Source: Gammaproteobacteria bacterium | GTDB lineage: Bacteria; Pseudomonadota; Gammaproteobacteria; Enterobacterales; GCA-002770795 | Assembly (NCBI GenBank): GCA_003696665.1 | Contig: RFGJ01000527.1 | Coordinates: forward strand, 1-46,014 | Direction: 5' to 3' | Length of the DNA stretch: 46,014 nt | Position numbers and translations under genes: made by a program | In this document: positions 9,368 to 19,276 of the stretch, piece after piece | Layout of the letters: each line of letters opens with the position of its first letter | Numbering within the stretch: the stretch's first letter is position 1 | The notes under the pieces: model-generated | The model's input: the letters and a program-made list of their open reading frames with translations, nothing else | Told to the model about the DNA's origin: nothing | The model's database searches: none

Positions 9368-11989
9368 AGGCGGGCTAAAAAGATAGCCCTGGCCTTTTTG
9401 ATAGCCAAGTTCCAATAAGGTTTGCAACTGTGCCTGTGTTTCAATGCCTTCAGCCACCAAGTCAAACCCCAATCCATGGGCGAGGTTGAGCACAGACTGC
9501 ACCAAATTCCGCGCTTTTTCTGAATTTTCCATGTCCTTTGTAAAGCTGCGGTCTAGTTTCATGGCATCAAATGGGAAACTGTGTAAATAAGAAAGCGATG
9601 AATAGCCGGTGCCAAAATCATCCAGACAGATTTGGATACCATGTTGGCTTAGTTCCTCAAGACTATTTTTCGCTGTATCAAAACTTTGAATTAAAACACT
9701 CTCGGTAATTTCACAAGTGAGACGTTCGGGCGGTACAGAAGCTTTCACAATGCTTTCAAGAAGGTTCTCGTGAAATCGTGGCTGCGTGATTTGTCGCGGT
9801 GAAAGATTGACGTGCATCGTCATTGCCGCCAATCTAGGATGACTTTGCCACAGCTTGAGAGTGGTTACTGCGGTTTCAAAAATGACTCTGCCAAGCGGTT
9901 GAATCAGTCCTGTTTCTTCTGCGATGGGGATGAATATGCCGGGTGGGATCAAGCCTTCAGTCGGGTGTTTCCAACGCACCAATGCCTCAAACCCGGTGAT
10001 GCTTTGGGTGCAAAAATCAATAATGGGCTGAAACTGCAGAAATATTTGATCAGAATTGAGCGCAGCACGTAACTCTTGTTCTAAACGGACTCGGCTGCGG
10101 ATCTGTTGAGACAGCTTTTCATCAAAAACGGTCCACCGACTTCGACCCTGGTTTTTGGCTTGGTACATCGCTGCGTCGGCATCGCTCATAATACTGCTGG
10201 TTGATTCTCTTGAATCAGTAACTGGCCGAATGCCAATGCTGGTGCTCGTATGAATCTCATGGCGGGCGATATAAAACGGTTTCTCAAGCGCATGAATAAT
10301 GCGTTCAGCCACCTTCTGGGAGACCTTCAGCTCCGTTGTGTCGCACAATATGCAAAACTCATCTCCGCCGAGACGTGCCAGCAAATCGTGAGAACGAATG
10401 CACGCTTTAATGCGTTGTGTGCATTCGATAAGCAACTCGTCGCCAATATGGTGGCCCAAGGTGTCATTGACGTATTTAAACCGGTCAAGGTCAAGAAACA
10501 ACACACTAAAAGTTGCGCGAGCGTCACGCTTGAGACGCTCAACAAACCAATTGAGACGTTCCATGAACAGGGCTCGATTGGGGAGTCCTGTGAGCGGATC
10601 GTGCAACGCTTGGTGCTCGAGTTGCTTCTCGATTCTGGTTTTCTCATCCAGTGCTCTTGATAGCCGTTCGTTGGTTTTTTGTAACTGAGCGGTACGTTCG
10701 TGGACGCGTTGTTCCAACTCCTCTTGCGCCAGTTTCAGTTGTCGGTTCGCGGCAACAAGTGCTTCTTCATGCTTTCGACGCAGTATCACCGTTGCGACGT
10801 GCCGGCTAATATATTTAAGCAGTAGACTCTCGGCAGCACCATAGTAAACATCGCTATCATAAGACTGAACGACAAGTGCCCCAAATGTGTGTTTATGAAA
10901 GCGCAGCGGGACACCAAGCCACGAATATGGCTTGGCACCACGGCCAGGAAACGCACCGTCTTTGTCTTTACGATAGAGATAAGAGCGCCCAGTGCGAATC
11001 ACGCGTTCAGTTAGGCCGCCGCCACGCCCTTTGGTTGAATCAAGGGGCCTGGGTTGCGGCACCGGCTCGCGTTCATCGGCATAATAGGGAAAGGTCAACA
11101 TATTTGAATCTTCATCGACCAGAGCGATAAAGAAATTTGGCGCTGATGTCAGTTCGTTAATAATGCCGTGTAGTTTTTCGAAGAATTCGTCGAGATGCTC
11201 GCTACTGTTTGCAATTTCAGTGATGCGAATTAGCTGCGATTGTAAATGTTCTGCCCGCTTTCGTTCTTCGATTTCAGCCTTCAGGTTTTCATTGATTTTT
11301 TGCAACTGTCGCGTACGTTGCTCAACTCGCTGTTCGAGTTTGCTATTGGCACGGGCCAAAGCTGCCTCGTAATGTTTCCACGTCAGCACCAAACCAATCT
11401 GGCGCGCCACAAATTCCAAAATTTCCTCATGCCTTTGTTCGTAGACAACATTGGGCAGGTAGCTCTGGACGACAATGGCGCCCAAGATGGTATTTTTGTG
11501 TTTTATCGGTACGCCTAGCCAATCGACACAGTTGGTTCCCATGGGGGCAATGTCCCCGGATTCGGTCATCGCCAACATGGTTTTTTGGTCAATGTGTTGT
11601 GTTTTGCCAGAGCGCAGGAGATAACCGGTTAAGCTTTTTCCCAATGTCTCTTTTGGGACATGGCGCAAGCTTTCGGGCGAAAGATCGACGTCAACAGAAT
11701 CGACAAAATAGGGAAAATAAAAGCTGGCTTGTTCTGGTTTTTTGAGGACAACAAAGAAATTTTCGGCGTACATCAGCGTGCTAATAATGTCATGTATTTT
11801 ACGAAAAAAATCTTCGCTAAGCTGATGTTCTAGTGCCAGTGCACTGATTTCATATAAGGCACGCTGGATCGCACGCGACTCGTCAAGTTCGCGCGTTAAC
11901 AGCTGCTCTTTTAGTGGATGTGGCTTATCTTGCGCTTTCAATGTGCTGCTATGCGCTGTGGGCGAATCGTAATCAGAAATATAGCTCAT
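9296..11989 (-). CDS. GAF-GAF-GGDEF-EAL signalling protein (putative bifunctional diguanylate cyclase/c-di-GMP phosphodiesterase)
   Basis: The GGDEF motif is encoded at 10355-10369, with RSHD (RxxD I-site) five residues upstream. EAL-domain motifs are present: EALVRW, EITES, DDFGTGYSS, KLDRSF, EGIET and QGYLFSPP. I chose the ATG at 11989 because the longer ORF (to 12127) would overlap the upstream patatin CDS by 119 nt. Confidence 0.9.
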   Translation of the reverse strand: MSYISDYDSPTAHSSTLKAQDKPHPLKEQLLTRELDESRAIQRALYEISALALEHQLSEDFFRKIHDIISTLMYAENFFVVLKKPEQASFYFPYFVDSVDVDLSPESLRHVPKETLGKSLTGYLLRSGKTQHIDQKTMLAMTESGDIAPMGTNCVDWLGVPIKHKNTILGAIVVQSYLPNVVYEQRHEEILEFVARQIGLVLTWKHYEAALARANSKLEQRVEQRTRQLQKINENLKAEIEERKRAEHLQSQLIRITEIANSSEHLDEFFEKLHGIINELTSAPNFFIALVDEDSNMLTFPYYADEREPVPQPRPLDSTKGRGGGLTERVIRTGRSYLYRKDKDGAFPGRGAKPYSWLGVPLRFHKHTFGALVVQSYDSDVYYGAAESLLLKYISRHVATVILRRKHEEALVAANRQLKLAQEELEQRVHERTAQLQKTNERLSRALDEKTRIEKQLEHQALHDPLTGLPNRALFMERLNWFVERLKRDARATFSVLFLDLDRFKYVNDTLGHHIGDELLIECTQRIKACIRSHDLLARLGGDEFCILCDTTELKVSQKVAERIIHALEKPFYIARHEIHTSTSIGIRPVTDSRESTSSIMSDADAAMYQAKNQGRSRWTVFDEKLSQQIRSRVRLEQELRAALNSDQIFLQFQPIIDFCTQSITGFEALVRWKHPTEGLIPPGIFIPIAEETGLIQPLGRVIFETAVTTLKLWQSHPRLAAMTMHVNLSPRQITQPRFHENLLESIVKASVPPERLTCEITESVLIQSFDTAKNSLEELSQHGIQICLDDFGTGYSSLSYLHSFPFDAMKLDRSFTKDMENSEKARNLVQSVLNLAHGLGFDLVAEGIETQAQLQTLLELGYQKGQGYLFSPPLDTADIVRFVDQFQFSVIKDETH

Positions 11990-12008
11990 ATTTAAGTTGG
12001 ATGCTTGA

Positions 12009-13169
12009 CTAACGTTCTTCAAAAAAATTGAGAATCTGGTCTTTTTGAGCGTAGGCCTGCTGCTTGCCATGATCAATGAGAACACGAGTAAAAACGTCCT
12101 CGAACACCAAAAATGCCAAGATTTCACCGCCGTGATGCCTATCCATACCTGCTCGGCGTAGAAAAAACTTCAACAGTGAAGGTAGCGCATCAAACGCTTT
12201 GTTGGCGAGCTCAGCGATGTTGATTTCTGGCTCGAACTTCAAATAATCCACATGTCGCAGCGGGACTTTGTGACGACTGAAAAATCCACCCTTGATATGG
12301 GACAAAGTTTGGTTGATACGCTCAAGGCGTTCTAAATCAGAGGCGAGGGAATCTGTAAAGATACTGTCTAACAAGCGAGCGCCAATCTGGGCAAAACTTG
12401 GGTAATGGATAGGTTTGTGTCGCCAATTTTCGACCTGTTCTGGCGGATCGGTCGTGATGACCACGATTTTGTCGGCACCCAGATGCAAAGCTGGGCTAAT
12501 TGGCGAAAGAAATCCGATTGAGCCATCGCCGAAATATTCTCGGTGAATCCGTTGCGCTGGGAACACAACGGGTATGGCGCTGCTGGCTAATAAGTGGCGG
12601 ATGCCAAGATAACTGCGCACACCAGCACGACGATAACGCTTCCAACTTTCTTGTGATTCTGTCGCCTGAAAGAAACTGATGGATTCGCCACTGCTGTAAC
12701 CGAATGCCGTGACACTGACGGCCGTCAGTACTCCTTGCGTAATATTCTTTTGGATTTGCTCAAACGGAACGGTACATGACAGCAACTCCGCCAACGGTTG
12801 ATTGTTCAACAAACTAATGGGTTTGACGGGGCGTCCTGGCGAGCGGAGAAAGTGCCCAAGCCAACGGCCAGTGTTTCGCATGAGGCTAGTGAAATGCGTT
12901 TCGTAAATTTGTTGAACGTGAAAATTCCCCCAGGTCTCCACCAGTCGCGCGACGCCATAATCGAATCGATCGGCGAAGGCAGCCAGTATGGTGCCGTTGA
13001 TGGCACCGGCTGATGCGCCACTGATGATATGAAATGGCGTGGTTTGGGGTTGTCCAAGAATTTCGGAAATCCCTGCGAGCACACCGACCTGGAAGGCCGC
13101 TTTGGCACCGCCACCAGTCAGAACTAACCCTATCTTCTTTTTGTTGTGATTGCGGTGTGGCCAAGCCAT
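12009..13169 (-). CDS. patatin-like phospholipase family protein
   Basis: It has the oxyanion motif GLVLTGGGAKAAF, the nucleophile elbow GASAG and the catalytic Asp motif GDGS. The ATG at 13169 is preceded by a GGAGG SD 6 nt upstream and lies 2 nt after the slt stop codon. Confidence 0.85.
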   Translation of the reverse strand: MAWPHRNHNKKKIGLVLTGGGAKAAFQVGVLAGISEILGQPQTTPFHIISGASAGAINGTILAAFADRFDYGVARLVETWGNFHVQQIYETHFTSLMRNTGRWLGHFLRSPGRPVKPISLLNNQPLAELLSCTVPFEQIQKNITQGVLTAVSVTAFGYSSGESISFFQATESQESWKRYRRAGVRSYLGIRHLLASSAIPVVFPAQRIHREYFGDGSIGFLSPISPALHLGADKIVVITTDPPEQVENWRHKPIHYPSFAQIGARLLDSIFTDSLASDLERLERINQTLSHIKGGFFSRHKVPLRHVDYLKFEPEINIAELANKAFDALPSLLKFFLRRAGMDRHHGGEILAFLVFEDVFTRVLIDHGKQQAYAQKDQILNFFEER

Positions 13170-13171
13170 GG

Positions 13172-13741
13172 CTACCTCCGATACCACCGTGCGCGAAGGT
13201 GTTTCATGACCTTGCGTGGGTACTTGTGTTGGCCAAGTGATCCGTTGTAACGGGCTAAGGCGCGGTAGATATCACCATTTTCTTGCGCGAGATAAGTCGC
13301 CAAAATAGTGCAGCCGTAGTAAATATTGGTTTCGATATCGAACAGGTTGTCGTTTGAGCGACCGAAAACTTGCTTCCAAAAAGGCATCACCTGCATCAGC
13401 CCGCGTGCGCCAGCGCGGGAGACAGCGAAGCGGTCAAACCGGCTTTCGACATCCATGACGGCAAGTATTAAATGTGGATCAAGCCCGTGTCGGGTCGCCT
13501 CTCGATGTACGGTACGCAGCATGAGCATCCGCTCTTTTAATGGGATTGATGCTGCATATTTGGCCAGACGGGTGCTCATGTCGGTCAACCACACCTGCGC
13601 ATCAAATCGATCGCGAAAACTGCTGGCTTTGGCGATGGTCTGTTTGAGGAGCACTTGAAATTGTGCGTCCGGCGGTTGTTGCTGAGCCGCACGGACGCTC
13701 ACGAGATAAAATATGGCAATTAACGCCCAAGCGTATCGCAT
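13172..13741 (-). CDS. secreted lytic transglycosylase (SLT domain)
   Basis: The N-terminus is a signal peptide ([20 protein letters not shown]). The SLT catalytic region is present (VMDVESRF with catalytic Glu, GLMQVMP, downstream YN). The ATG at 13741 lies 22 nt inside the proS 3' end, and the ORF-track start at 13747 is a TTG. Confidence 0.83.
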   Translation of the reverse strand: MRYAWALIAIFYLVSVRAAQQQPPDAQFQVLLKQTIAKASSFRDRFDAQVWLTDMSTRLAKYAASIPLKERMLMLRTVHREATRHGLDPHLILAVMDVESRFDRFAVSRAGARGLMQVMPFWKQVFGRSNDNLFDIETNIYYGCTILATYLAQENGDIYRALARYNGSLGQHKYPRKVMKHLRARWYRR

Positions 13742-15441
13742 ACCCAATCCACAGCCTTCTCCAAGGCAACGGTGGTCCGTTCGCCCGTGCGTTTCTTGTA
13801 CTCAATCTGTCCCTGATCCAGGCTTCTTTCGCCAATCACAAGTTGATGCGGTATGCCGATCAAATCCATGTCATTGAATAACACACCCGGGCGCTCTTTT
13901 CTGTCATCCCATAACACTTCAACACCTCTTGCCACGAGGTCGTTGTACAAACGCTCACACACTTCTTGAACACGGTATGAGCGATGCATGTTCATTGGGA
14001 TAATAGCCACCTCGAAAGGTGCTATCGCATCGGGCCAGATGATGCCATGTTCGTCATGGTTCTGCTCAATGGCGGCGGCCACGATACGGGAAACGCCGAT
14101 GCCATAACATCCCATGGTGAGGACCCGAGCTTGGCCATCCGCATCTAATACTGTAGCTTTCATCTTTTCGGAATATTGCCGACCCAGTTGGAAGATATGT
14201 CCAACTTCAATGCCTCGGCAGACTTTTAGATGACCTTGACCATCAGGACTTGGATCTCCTTCAACAACATTGCGGATGTCTTCCACCCGTACAAGTGGAC
14301 AATCACGTTCCCAGTTCACGCCGGCGAAGTGATAGCCATCTTCATTGGCGCCACAGTAGAAATCGCTCATGGACGCCGCGGTGCGATCGACGATGACAGG
14401 GATAGAAAGATTCACTGGCCCAATGGAGCCGGGACCACAGCCGATGGCCTCCCGAATTTCTTGCTCAGACGCCAGTGACAGGGGGGACTGCACGCCCGAC
14501 AAGTTTTGCGCTTTGATCTCATTTAATTGATGATCGCCGCGGAGCACAAGTGCCACAAGCCCCGAGGGGTTCTCATCGCTTTTTTCTCCATGCACGACAA
14601 GTGTTTTCAAAATCTGTTTGGTCGAAATTTGCAAAAGATTGGCAACTTCTTCGACTGTCTTGGCATTGTGTGTGCTGATTTTACGAATTTCTTCCTTTGG
14701 GGCCGGGCGCGCGTCTGAAGGTGCCAGCGCTTCCGCCTTTTCAATATTGGCAGCATAGTCACTGGTGTCAGAATAGACAATGATGTCTTCCCCAGAGTCG
14801 GCGAGCACGTGAAACTCATGTGAACCTGAGCCGCCGATTGCACCAGTATCCGCAATCACTGCGCGGTACCGGAGTCCCATGCGGTCCAAAATGCGTGAGT
14901 AGGCTTCGTACATTTTTTGATAAGTTTCTTTGAGCGAGGCCTCATCAAGGTGGAAGGAATAGGCATCCTTCATGATGAATTCTCGCGCACGCATGACCCC
15001 AAAGCGGGGGCGTATTTCGTCGCGAAATTTCGTCTGAATTTGGAACAGTGTCAGTGGCAGTTGCTTGTAACTTCTGACCTCATTCCGGATCAAGTCAGTA
15101 ATGATTTCTTCATGTGTGGGGCCAAGGCAGAAATCGCGCTGATGCCGATCCTGAAATCGCAATAGCTCTGGGCCAAACTTGTCCCACCGACCAGACTCCT
15201 GCCAGAGCTCCGCAGGTTGAACCCCCGGCATCAGGCACTCCACAGCACCAATGGCGTTCATTTCTTCCCGTACGATTTTTTCCACTTTTTGTAACACACG
15301 GAGACCTGTCGGTAACCAAGTGTAGAGGCCCGATGCCAGCTTTCGAATCAAACCCGCTCGCAACATGAGGCGATGCGAGACAATTTCTGCGTCAGACGGT
15401 GTCTCACGTAGCGTGGCGAGGAAATACTGAGTTGTTCTCAT
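13720..15441 (-). CDS. proS: prolyl-tRNA synthetase
   Basis: 573 aa bacterial-type ProRS with an insertion (editing) domain. It has class II motifs and the [16 protein letters not shown]-terminus. Confidence 0.97.
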   Translation of the reverse strand: MRTTQYFLATLRETPSDAEIVSHRLMLRAGLIRKLASGLYTWLPTGLRVLQKVEKIVREEMNAIGAVECLMPGVQPAELWQESGRWDKFGPELLRFQDRHQRDFCLGPTHEEIITDLIRNEVRSYKQLPLTLFQIQTKFRDEIRPRFGVMRAREFIMKDAYSFHLDEASLKETYQKMYEAYSRILDRMGLRYRAVIADTGAIGGSGSHEFHVLADSGEDIIVYSDTSDYAANIEKAEALAPSDARPAPKEEIRKISTHNAKTVEEVANLLQISTKQILKTLVVHGEKSDENPSGLVALVLRGDHQLNEIKAQNLSGVQSPLSLASEQEIREAIGCGPGSIGPVNLSIPVIVDRTAASMSDFYCGANEDGYHFAGVNWERDCPLVRVEDIRNVVEGDPSPDGQGHLKVCRGIEVGHIFQLGRQYSEKMKATVLDADGQARVLTMGCYGIGVSRIVAAAIEQNHDEHGIIWPDAIAPFEVAIIPMNMHRSYRVQEVCERLYNDLVARGVEVLWDDRKERPGVLFNDMDLIGIPHQLVIGERSLDQGQIEYKKRTGERTTVALEKAVDWVCDTLGR

Positions 15442-15584
15442 TGATCTTTGTCTCGTTAGGAATGTTGGCTGTTATTGTAGCAACCGCATACAGTCTGGTG
15501 AACGCTTCTTGAAAAAATTGCGATTAACCCCATAATCGTGCCCGAGCATGCTTTGGCAGATAGTACACACGTGGAGAAAAAACC

Positions 15585-15869
15585 ATGCCAATTTTTGAAT
15601 ATGAGTGCGCCTCATGCGGTGAGGTCGTAGAAAAGTTGCAAAAACGTACGGATCCACCGATTGTCGATTGCCCAAGCTGTGGTAAACCGAGCCTACAGAA
15701 AGTAGTGTCTGCCGCTGGCTTTCAACTGAAAGGCAGTGGTTGGTATGTCACCGACTTTCGAGACAAAGGGAAAAAGTCCGAAAATAAAGAGTCGGCAAAA
15801 GAAAATTCGGCGCCTTGTGGCGGCGAAGGTGGGGGCTGTGCCAGTGGTGCGTGCACACTGGACGCCTAG
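15585..15869 (+). CDS. FmdB-family zinc-ribbon protein
   Basis: 94 aa. The MPIFEYEC.SCG...CPSCG double CxxC motif is typical of the FmdB/CxxC_CxxC_SSSS family. A GGAG SD lies upstream. Confidence 0.75.
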   Translation: MPIFEYECASCGEVVEKLQKRTDPPIVDCPSCGKPSLQKVVSAAGFQLKGSGWYVTDFRDKGKKSENKESAKENSAPCGGEGGGCASGACTLDA

Positions 15870-15977
15870 CTTGACGTCGAATTTTATGCTTGTGTGCGCG
15901 TAAAGGGATTTCGGCAGTCGCAACGGCGGGGCAGTCTCTGGTAGAATCTGCCTCCCGTTCATCTGCCTGTCAGACAA

Positions 15978-16739
15978 ATGTCGAACGATCCATGTCGCCA
16001 CTGGCTCTCCAGATTTCGCATTGTGCTGGTCGAGCCGTCGCACCCCGGAAACATTGGCGCCGCGGCGCGCGCCATGAAAACCATGGGCTTTTCTGAACTC
16101 GTGCTGGTGCGCCCCAAACAGTTTCCTTCCGCAGTTGCCACTGAACGGGCCTCATCGGCCGACGACATATTACAACGCGCGCTTGTTGTCGACGATGTTG
16201 AGCACGCTATCGCAGATTGCCACTGGATCATTGGGACAAGCGCAAGAAGCCGATCGCTCGAGCCTGAGCAACATTCGCCCAGAACGCTTGCCAGCGCATT
16301 GTCGCATGACTATGCAAAAGGTCGTGTGGCTCTGGTGTTTGGGCGAGAAAACAATGGATTGACCAATCACGAACTGGAATTGTGTCATGCACACTTGACT
16401 ATCCCAACCAACCCTGAGTATTCCTCGTTAAATTTGGCCATGGCTGTGCAGGTGGTGTGCTACGAACTACGCCAGTGGGCGCTGGAGTGCACCGATAAAG
16501 AATGGCAACCAAAGCGCCCAAAGCCTGTATCAAGTGAAGAAATGCAGTGTTTTTATGCCCACTTGGAGTCGGTTTTAATTCAAATCGGATTCTTAGATCC
16601 TGAGAAACCACGACGATTGATGCCACGTTTGCGTCTGCTCTTCGGTCGAGCGGCACCAGATAAGGTTGAGATGAATATTTTACGGGGTATGTTAACTGCG
16701 GTGGAAAAGCAGCTAAAACGCGACAGAGGGGGATCCTGA
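15978..16739 (+). CDS. trmJ: tRNA (cytidine/uridine-2'-O)-methyltransferase TrmJ (SpoU/TrmH family)
   Basis: It carries the [28 protein letters not shown] motif. It sits upstream of cysE-iscR, as in Pseudomonas. Confidence 0.85.
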   Translation: MSNDPCRHWLSRFRIVLVEPSHPGNIGAAARAMKTMGFSELVLVRPKQFPSAVATERASSADDILQRALVVDDVEHAIADCHWIIGTSARSRSLEPEQHSPRTLASALSHDYAKGRVALVFGRENNGLTNHELELCHAHLTIPTNPEYSSLNLAMAVQVVCYELRQWALECTDKEWQPKRPKPVSSEEMQCFYAHLESVLIQIGFLDPEKPRRLMPRLRLLFGRAAPDKVEMNILRGMLTAVEKQLKRDRGGS

Positions 16740-17506
16740 TGAAATGGCTCGACCGAATGCGGGAAGATATCGACAGCGTGTTCGCGCGTGATCCTGCAGC
16801 ACGCAACCGTTTTGAGGTGCTCACAAATTACCCCGGGTTGCACGCCATTTGGTGGTATCGAATCGCGCACAAGCTATGGAATCGAGAGTGGTTTTGGCTG
16901 GCTCGCACATTGTCGACCTTGGCTCGTTGGTTAACTGGCATTGAAATTCACCCCGGTGCCAAGATTGGTCGAAGATTCTTCATCGATCATGGGATGGGCG
17001 TTGTCATTGGCGAGACCGCTGTGGTGGGGGATGACTGTACGCTTTATCATGGTGTGACACTCGGTGGCACAAGCTGGGACAAGGGGAAACGGCATCCTAC
17101 CTTGGGTGATCGCGTTATTGTCGGGGCAGGCGCGAAGATACTTGGGCCAATTACCATTGGGGATGACGCAAAGATTGGCTCCAATGCCGTTGTTGTTAAA
17201 GACGTTCCGCCTGGTGCGACCGTCATTGGCGTGCCAGGAAGATTGGCCGGGAATGGGGCTCATGGAGAGGCGCATTTCGAGGCTTATGGCCTTCGGCCGG
17301 GCGTGCAGGACCCTCTGACACGCGCGGTTTGCGCCATGGGCGATTATACAGAAGCCCTGGAGGCGCGCTTGTCACAGCTGATTCGCCATTTGAAGACACA
17401 AGGCATTGAGTTGCCTGAGTTCGATTTGCCAAAACTACAGATACCGGAACTTGATGAAGAAGCAGGTCCCTGTCGCCGTAAAGAGAGTAGGAATAAACTT
17501 GACTAA
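16739..17506 (+). CDS. cysE: serine O-acetyltransferase
   Basis: It has the DPAA...NYPGLHAI motif and [28 protein letters not shown] hexapeptide repeats. Its start overlaps the trmJ stop by 1 nt (TGATG). Confidence 0.92.
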   Translation: MKWLDRMREDIDSVFARDPAARNRFEVLTNYPGLHAIWWYRIAHKLWNREWFWLARTLSTLARWLTGIEIHPGAKIGRRFFIDHGMGVVIGETAVVGDDCTLYHGVTLGGTSWDKGKRHPTLGDRVIVGAGAKILGPITIGDDAKIGSNAVVVKDVPPGATVIGVPGRLAGNGAHGEAHFEAYGLRPGVQDPLTRAVCAMGDYTEALEARLSQLIRHLKTQGIELPEFDLPKLQIPELDEEAGPCRRKESRNKLD

Positions 17507-17519
17507 AATAGTCAGGTAT
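17495..17519 (+). promoter_or_regulatory. IscR type-1 operator
   Basis: AAACTTGACTAAAATAGTCAGGTAT matches the remembered type-1 consensus ATASYYGACTRWWWYAGTCRRSTAT at 24 of 25 positions. It overlaps the cysE stop codon (17504-17506) and lies 42 nt upstream of the iscR ATG. Confidence 0.6.
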
Positions 17520-17527
17520 TGGACAAT
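17499..17527 (+). promoter_or_regulatory. candidate sigma-70 promoter of the isc operon
   Basis: TTGACT (17499-17504), a 17-nt spacer, then GACAAT (17522-27). The -35 element is embedded in the IscR box. Confidence 0.4.
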
Positions 17528-17560
17528 ATTGGGTAAGAAAAGGCGAACGAGGAAAAACAG

Positions 17561-18013
17561 ATGCGGCTAACGACTAAAGGGCGTTATGCAGTCGCGGCGA
17601 TGCTTGATGTTGCACGCGCGGACAACCCTGTTGCGTTATCCGATATCGCCGAGCGCCAAGGCATCAGTTTGTCCTATCTTGAGCAGCTGTTTGCCAAGCT
17701 GCGACGAGCAGGACTTGTTGTGAGCCGAAGGGGGCCTGGTGGTGGCTATATGCTAAGTCAGGCGCCTGAAAGTATTACTGTGGCGGACGTCGTTGCTGCG
17801 GTGAATGAACCAATGGACGCCACTGCATGTAAAGGGAAAGGCAACTGCCACGATGGTGCACGTTGTATATCACATGATCTGTGGGATGCACTGAATCGGC
17901 AAATCAGCGGATTCTTAAGTTCGGTAAGTTTAGCTGCGGTGATTTCAGGGGATATTCCACAATACATCACCGTGCAGGAACAGTCGGTAGTCAAACGTAA
18001 AGTTGCGTCTTGA
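17561..18013 (+). CDS. iscR: Fe-S cluster assembly transcriptional regulator IscR (Rrf2 family)
   Basis: It has the MRLTTKGRYAV Rrf2 N-terminus and three Cys ligands in C..GKGNC.....C. It is the first gene of iscRSUA-hscBA-fdx-iscX. Confidence 0.95.
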   Translation: MRLTTKGRYAVAAMLDVARADNPVALSDIAERQGISLSYLEQLFAKLRRAGLVVSRRGPGGGYMLSQAPESITVADVVAAVNEPMDATACKGKGNCHDGARCISHDLWDALNRQISGFLSSVSLAAVISGDIPQYITVQEQSVVKRKVAS

Positions 18014-18031
18014 AGATTTGAATTTGGAGAA

Positions 18032-19249
18032 ATGATGAAGAAGCCAATTTATTTGGATTATGCCGCGACAACTCCGGTCGATCCGAGGGTGGCCGAGAAG
18101 ATGATGCAATATCTCACGCCTGATGGCCATTTTGGTAATCCTGCGTCCCGTTCGCATCGGTTCGGCTGGGAGGCAGAGGAGGCGGTAGATGTTGCGAGAC
18201 AGCAAGTTGCGGAACTGATTGGAGCAGACCCGCGTGAAATTGTCTGGACATCTGGCGCGACCGAGTCCGATAACTTGGCGATCAAAGGGGCTGCACATTT
18301 TTACCGCAGTCGTGGTAAGCATATTGTCACGACAAAAATTGAACATAAAGCAGTGCTTGATACCTGTCGTCATTTGGAACGGGAAGGCTACGAGGTGACT
18401 TATGTTGCACCGTCCGCCAACGGTGTGGTGTCATTGGAAGCGATTCAGAACGCTGTGCGTGACGACACGATTTTGGTGTCGGTGATGCATGTGAATAATG
18501 AAATCGGCACGATCCAGCCGATCGAGGAGATCGGTGCCTTTTGCCGGGAGCGCAAGATTGTTTTCCATGTCGATGGCGCGCAAAGTCTTGGCAAAATTCC
18601 GGTCGACATGGCGAAAATGCCGATCGACCTGTTCTCGATGTCCGGCCATAAAATCTATGGTCCTAAAGGGATTGGCGCCCTTTACGTTCGCCGTAAGCCA
18701 CGAGTTCGCATCGAAGCTCAGATGCATGGCGGCGGACATGAACGGGGCATGCGTTCCGGCACATTACCAACACATCAAATTGTCGGTATGGGCGAAGCGT
18801 GCCGCATTGCCAAGGAAGAGATGGCAGCAGAAGCAGAACGGATACGAGGGCTCAAGATGCGGCTTTGGAACGGCATCAAGGACATAGAACAGGTGCATGT
18901 CAATGGTGACTTATCTCGGTCTGTGCCGGGCATTTTGAATGTCAGTTTCAATTTCGTCGAAGGTGAATCCTTAATGATGGCGCTGAAGGATTTAGCTGTT
19001 TCCAGCGGTTCGGCCTGCACTTCCGTAAGCCTTGAGCCATCCTACGTGCTGCGCGCACTTGGGTTGAGTGATGAACTGGCACACAGTTCAATTCGTTTCT
19101 CAATGGGACGTTTTACAACAGCAGAAGAAATCGATTTTGCCGTTGAACAAGTGCGTCAGGCCATAGGGCGTTTGAGAGAGATGTCTCCGCTGTGGGAAAT
19201 GTACCAACAGGGCATTGATCTTGAAAAAGTAGAATGGCAAGCACATTGA
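18032..19249 (+). CDS. iscS: cysteine desulfurase IscS
   Basis: 405 aa with [11 protein letters not shown], the [13 protein letters not shown]-lysine motif and the SSGSACTS active-site Cys loop. Confidence 0.97.
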   Translation: MMKKPIYLDYAATTPVDPRVAEKMMQYLTPDGHFGNPASRSHRFGWEAEEAVDVARQQVAELIGADPREIVWTSGATESDNLAIKGAAHFYRSRGKHIVTTKIEHKAVLDTCRHLEREGYEVTYVAPSANGVVSLEAIQNAVRDDTILVSVMHVNNEIGTIQPIEEIGAFCRERKIVFHVDGAQSLGKIPVDMAKMPIDLFSMSGHKIYGPKGIGALYVRRKPRVRIEAQMHGGGHERGMRSGTLPTHQIVGMGEACRIAKEEMAAEAERIRGLKMRLWNGIKDIEQVHVNGDLSRSVPGILNVSFNFVEGESLMMALKDLAVSSGSACTSVSLEPSYVLRALGLSDELAHSSIRFSMGRFTTAEEIDFAVEQVRQAIGRLREMSPLWEMYQQGIDLEKVEWQAH

Positions 19250-19276
19250 AAGTAATCACGATAGTGGAGGTGGGCA

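Noticed and set aside
11990-12127. The N-terminal 46-codon extension of the GGDEF-EAL ORF (MKSWHFWCSRTF...), which would overlap the patatin gene by 119 nt.
   Set aside because: The extension lies entirely inside the patatin coding 3' end in another frame and has no domain content. The internal ATG at 11989 sits 19 nt after the patatin stop. I treat it as an ORF-caller artefact.
9296-13169. Patatin-like lipase next to a nucleotide cyclase, read as a CBASS-like (CapV/DncV-type) anti-phage system.
   Set aside because: The cyclase is a GGDEF domain, not a CD-NTase. It keeps the canonical guanine-specifying Asn and Asp, so I predict c-di-GMP and not cGAMP. It is also fused to an apparently active EAL domain and to GAF sensors, which is typical housekeeping signalling architecture. 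The patatin protein looks like the common chromosomal family with a long C-terminal domain. Nothing positively supports a defence role.
17520-17544. A second IscR type-1 site immediately downstream of the first.
   Set aside because: Only a partial half-site (GGACAATAT) matches. The 3' half (AGTC-RRS-TAT) is absent.
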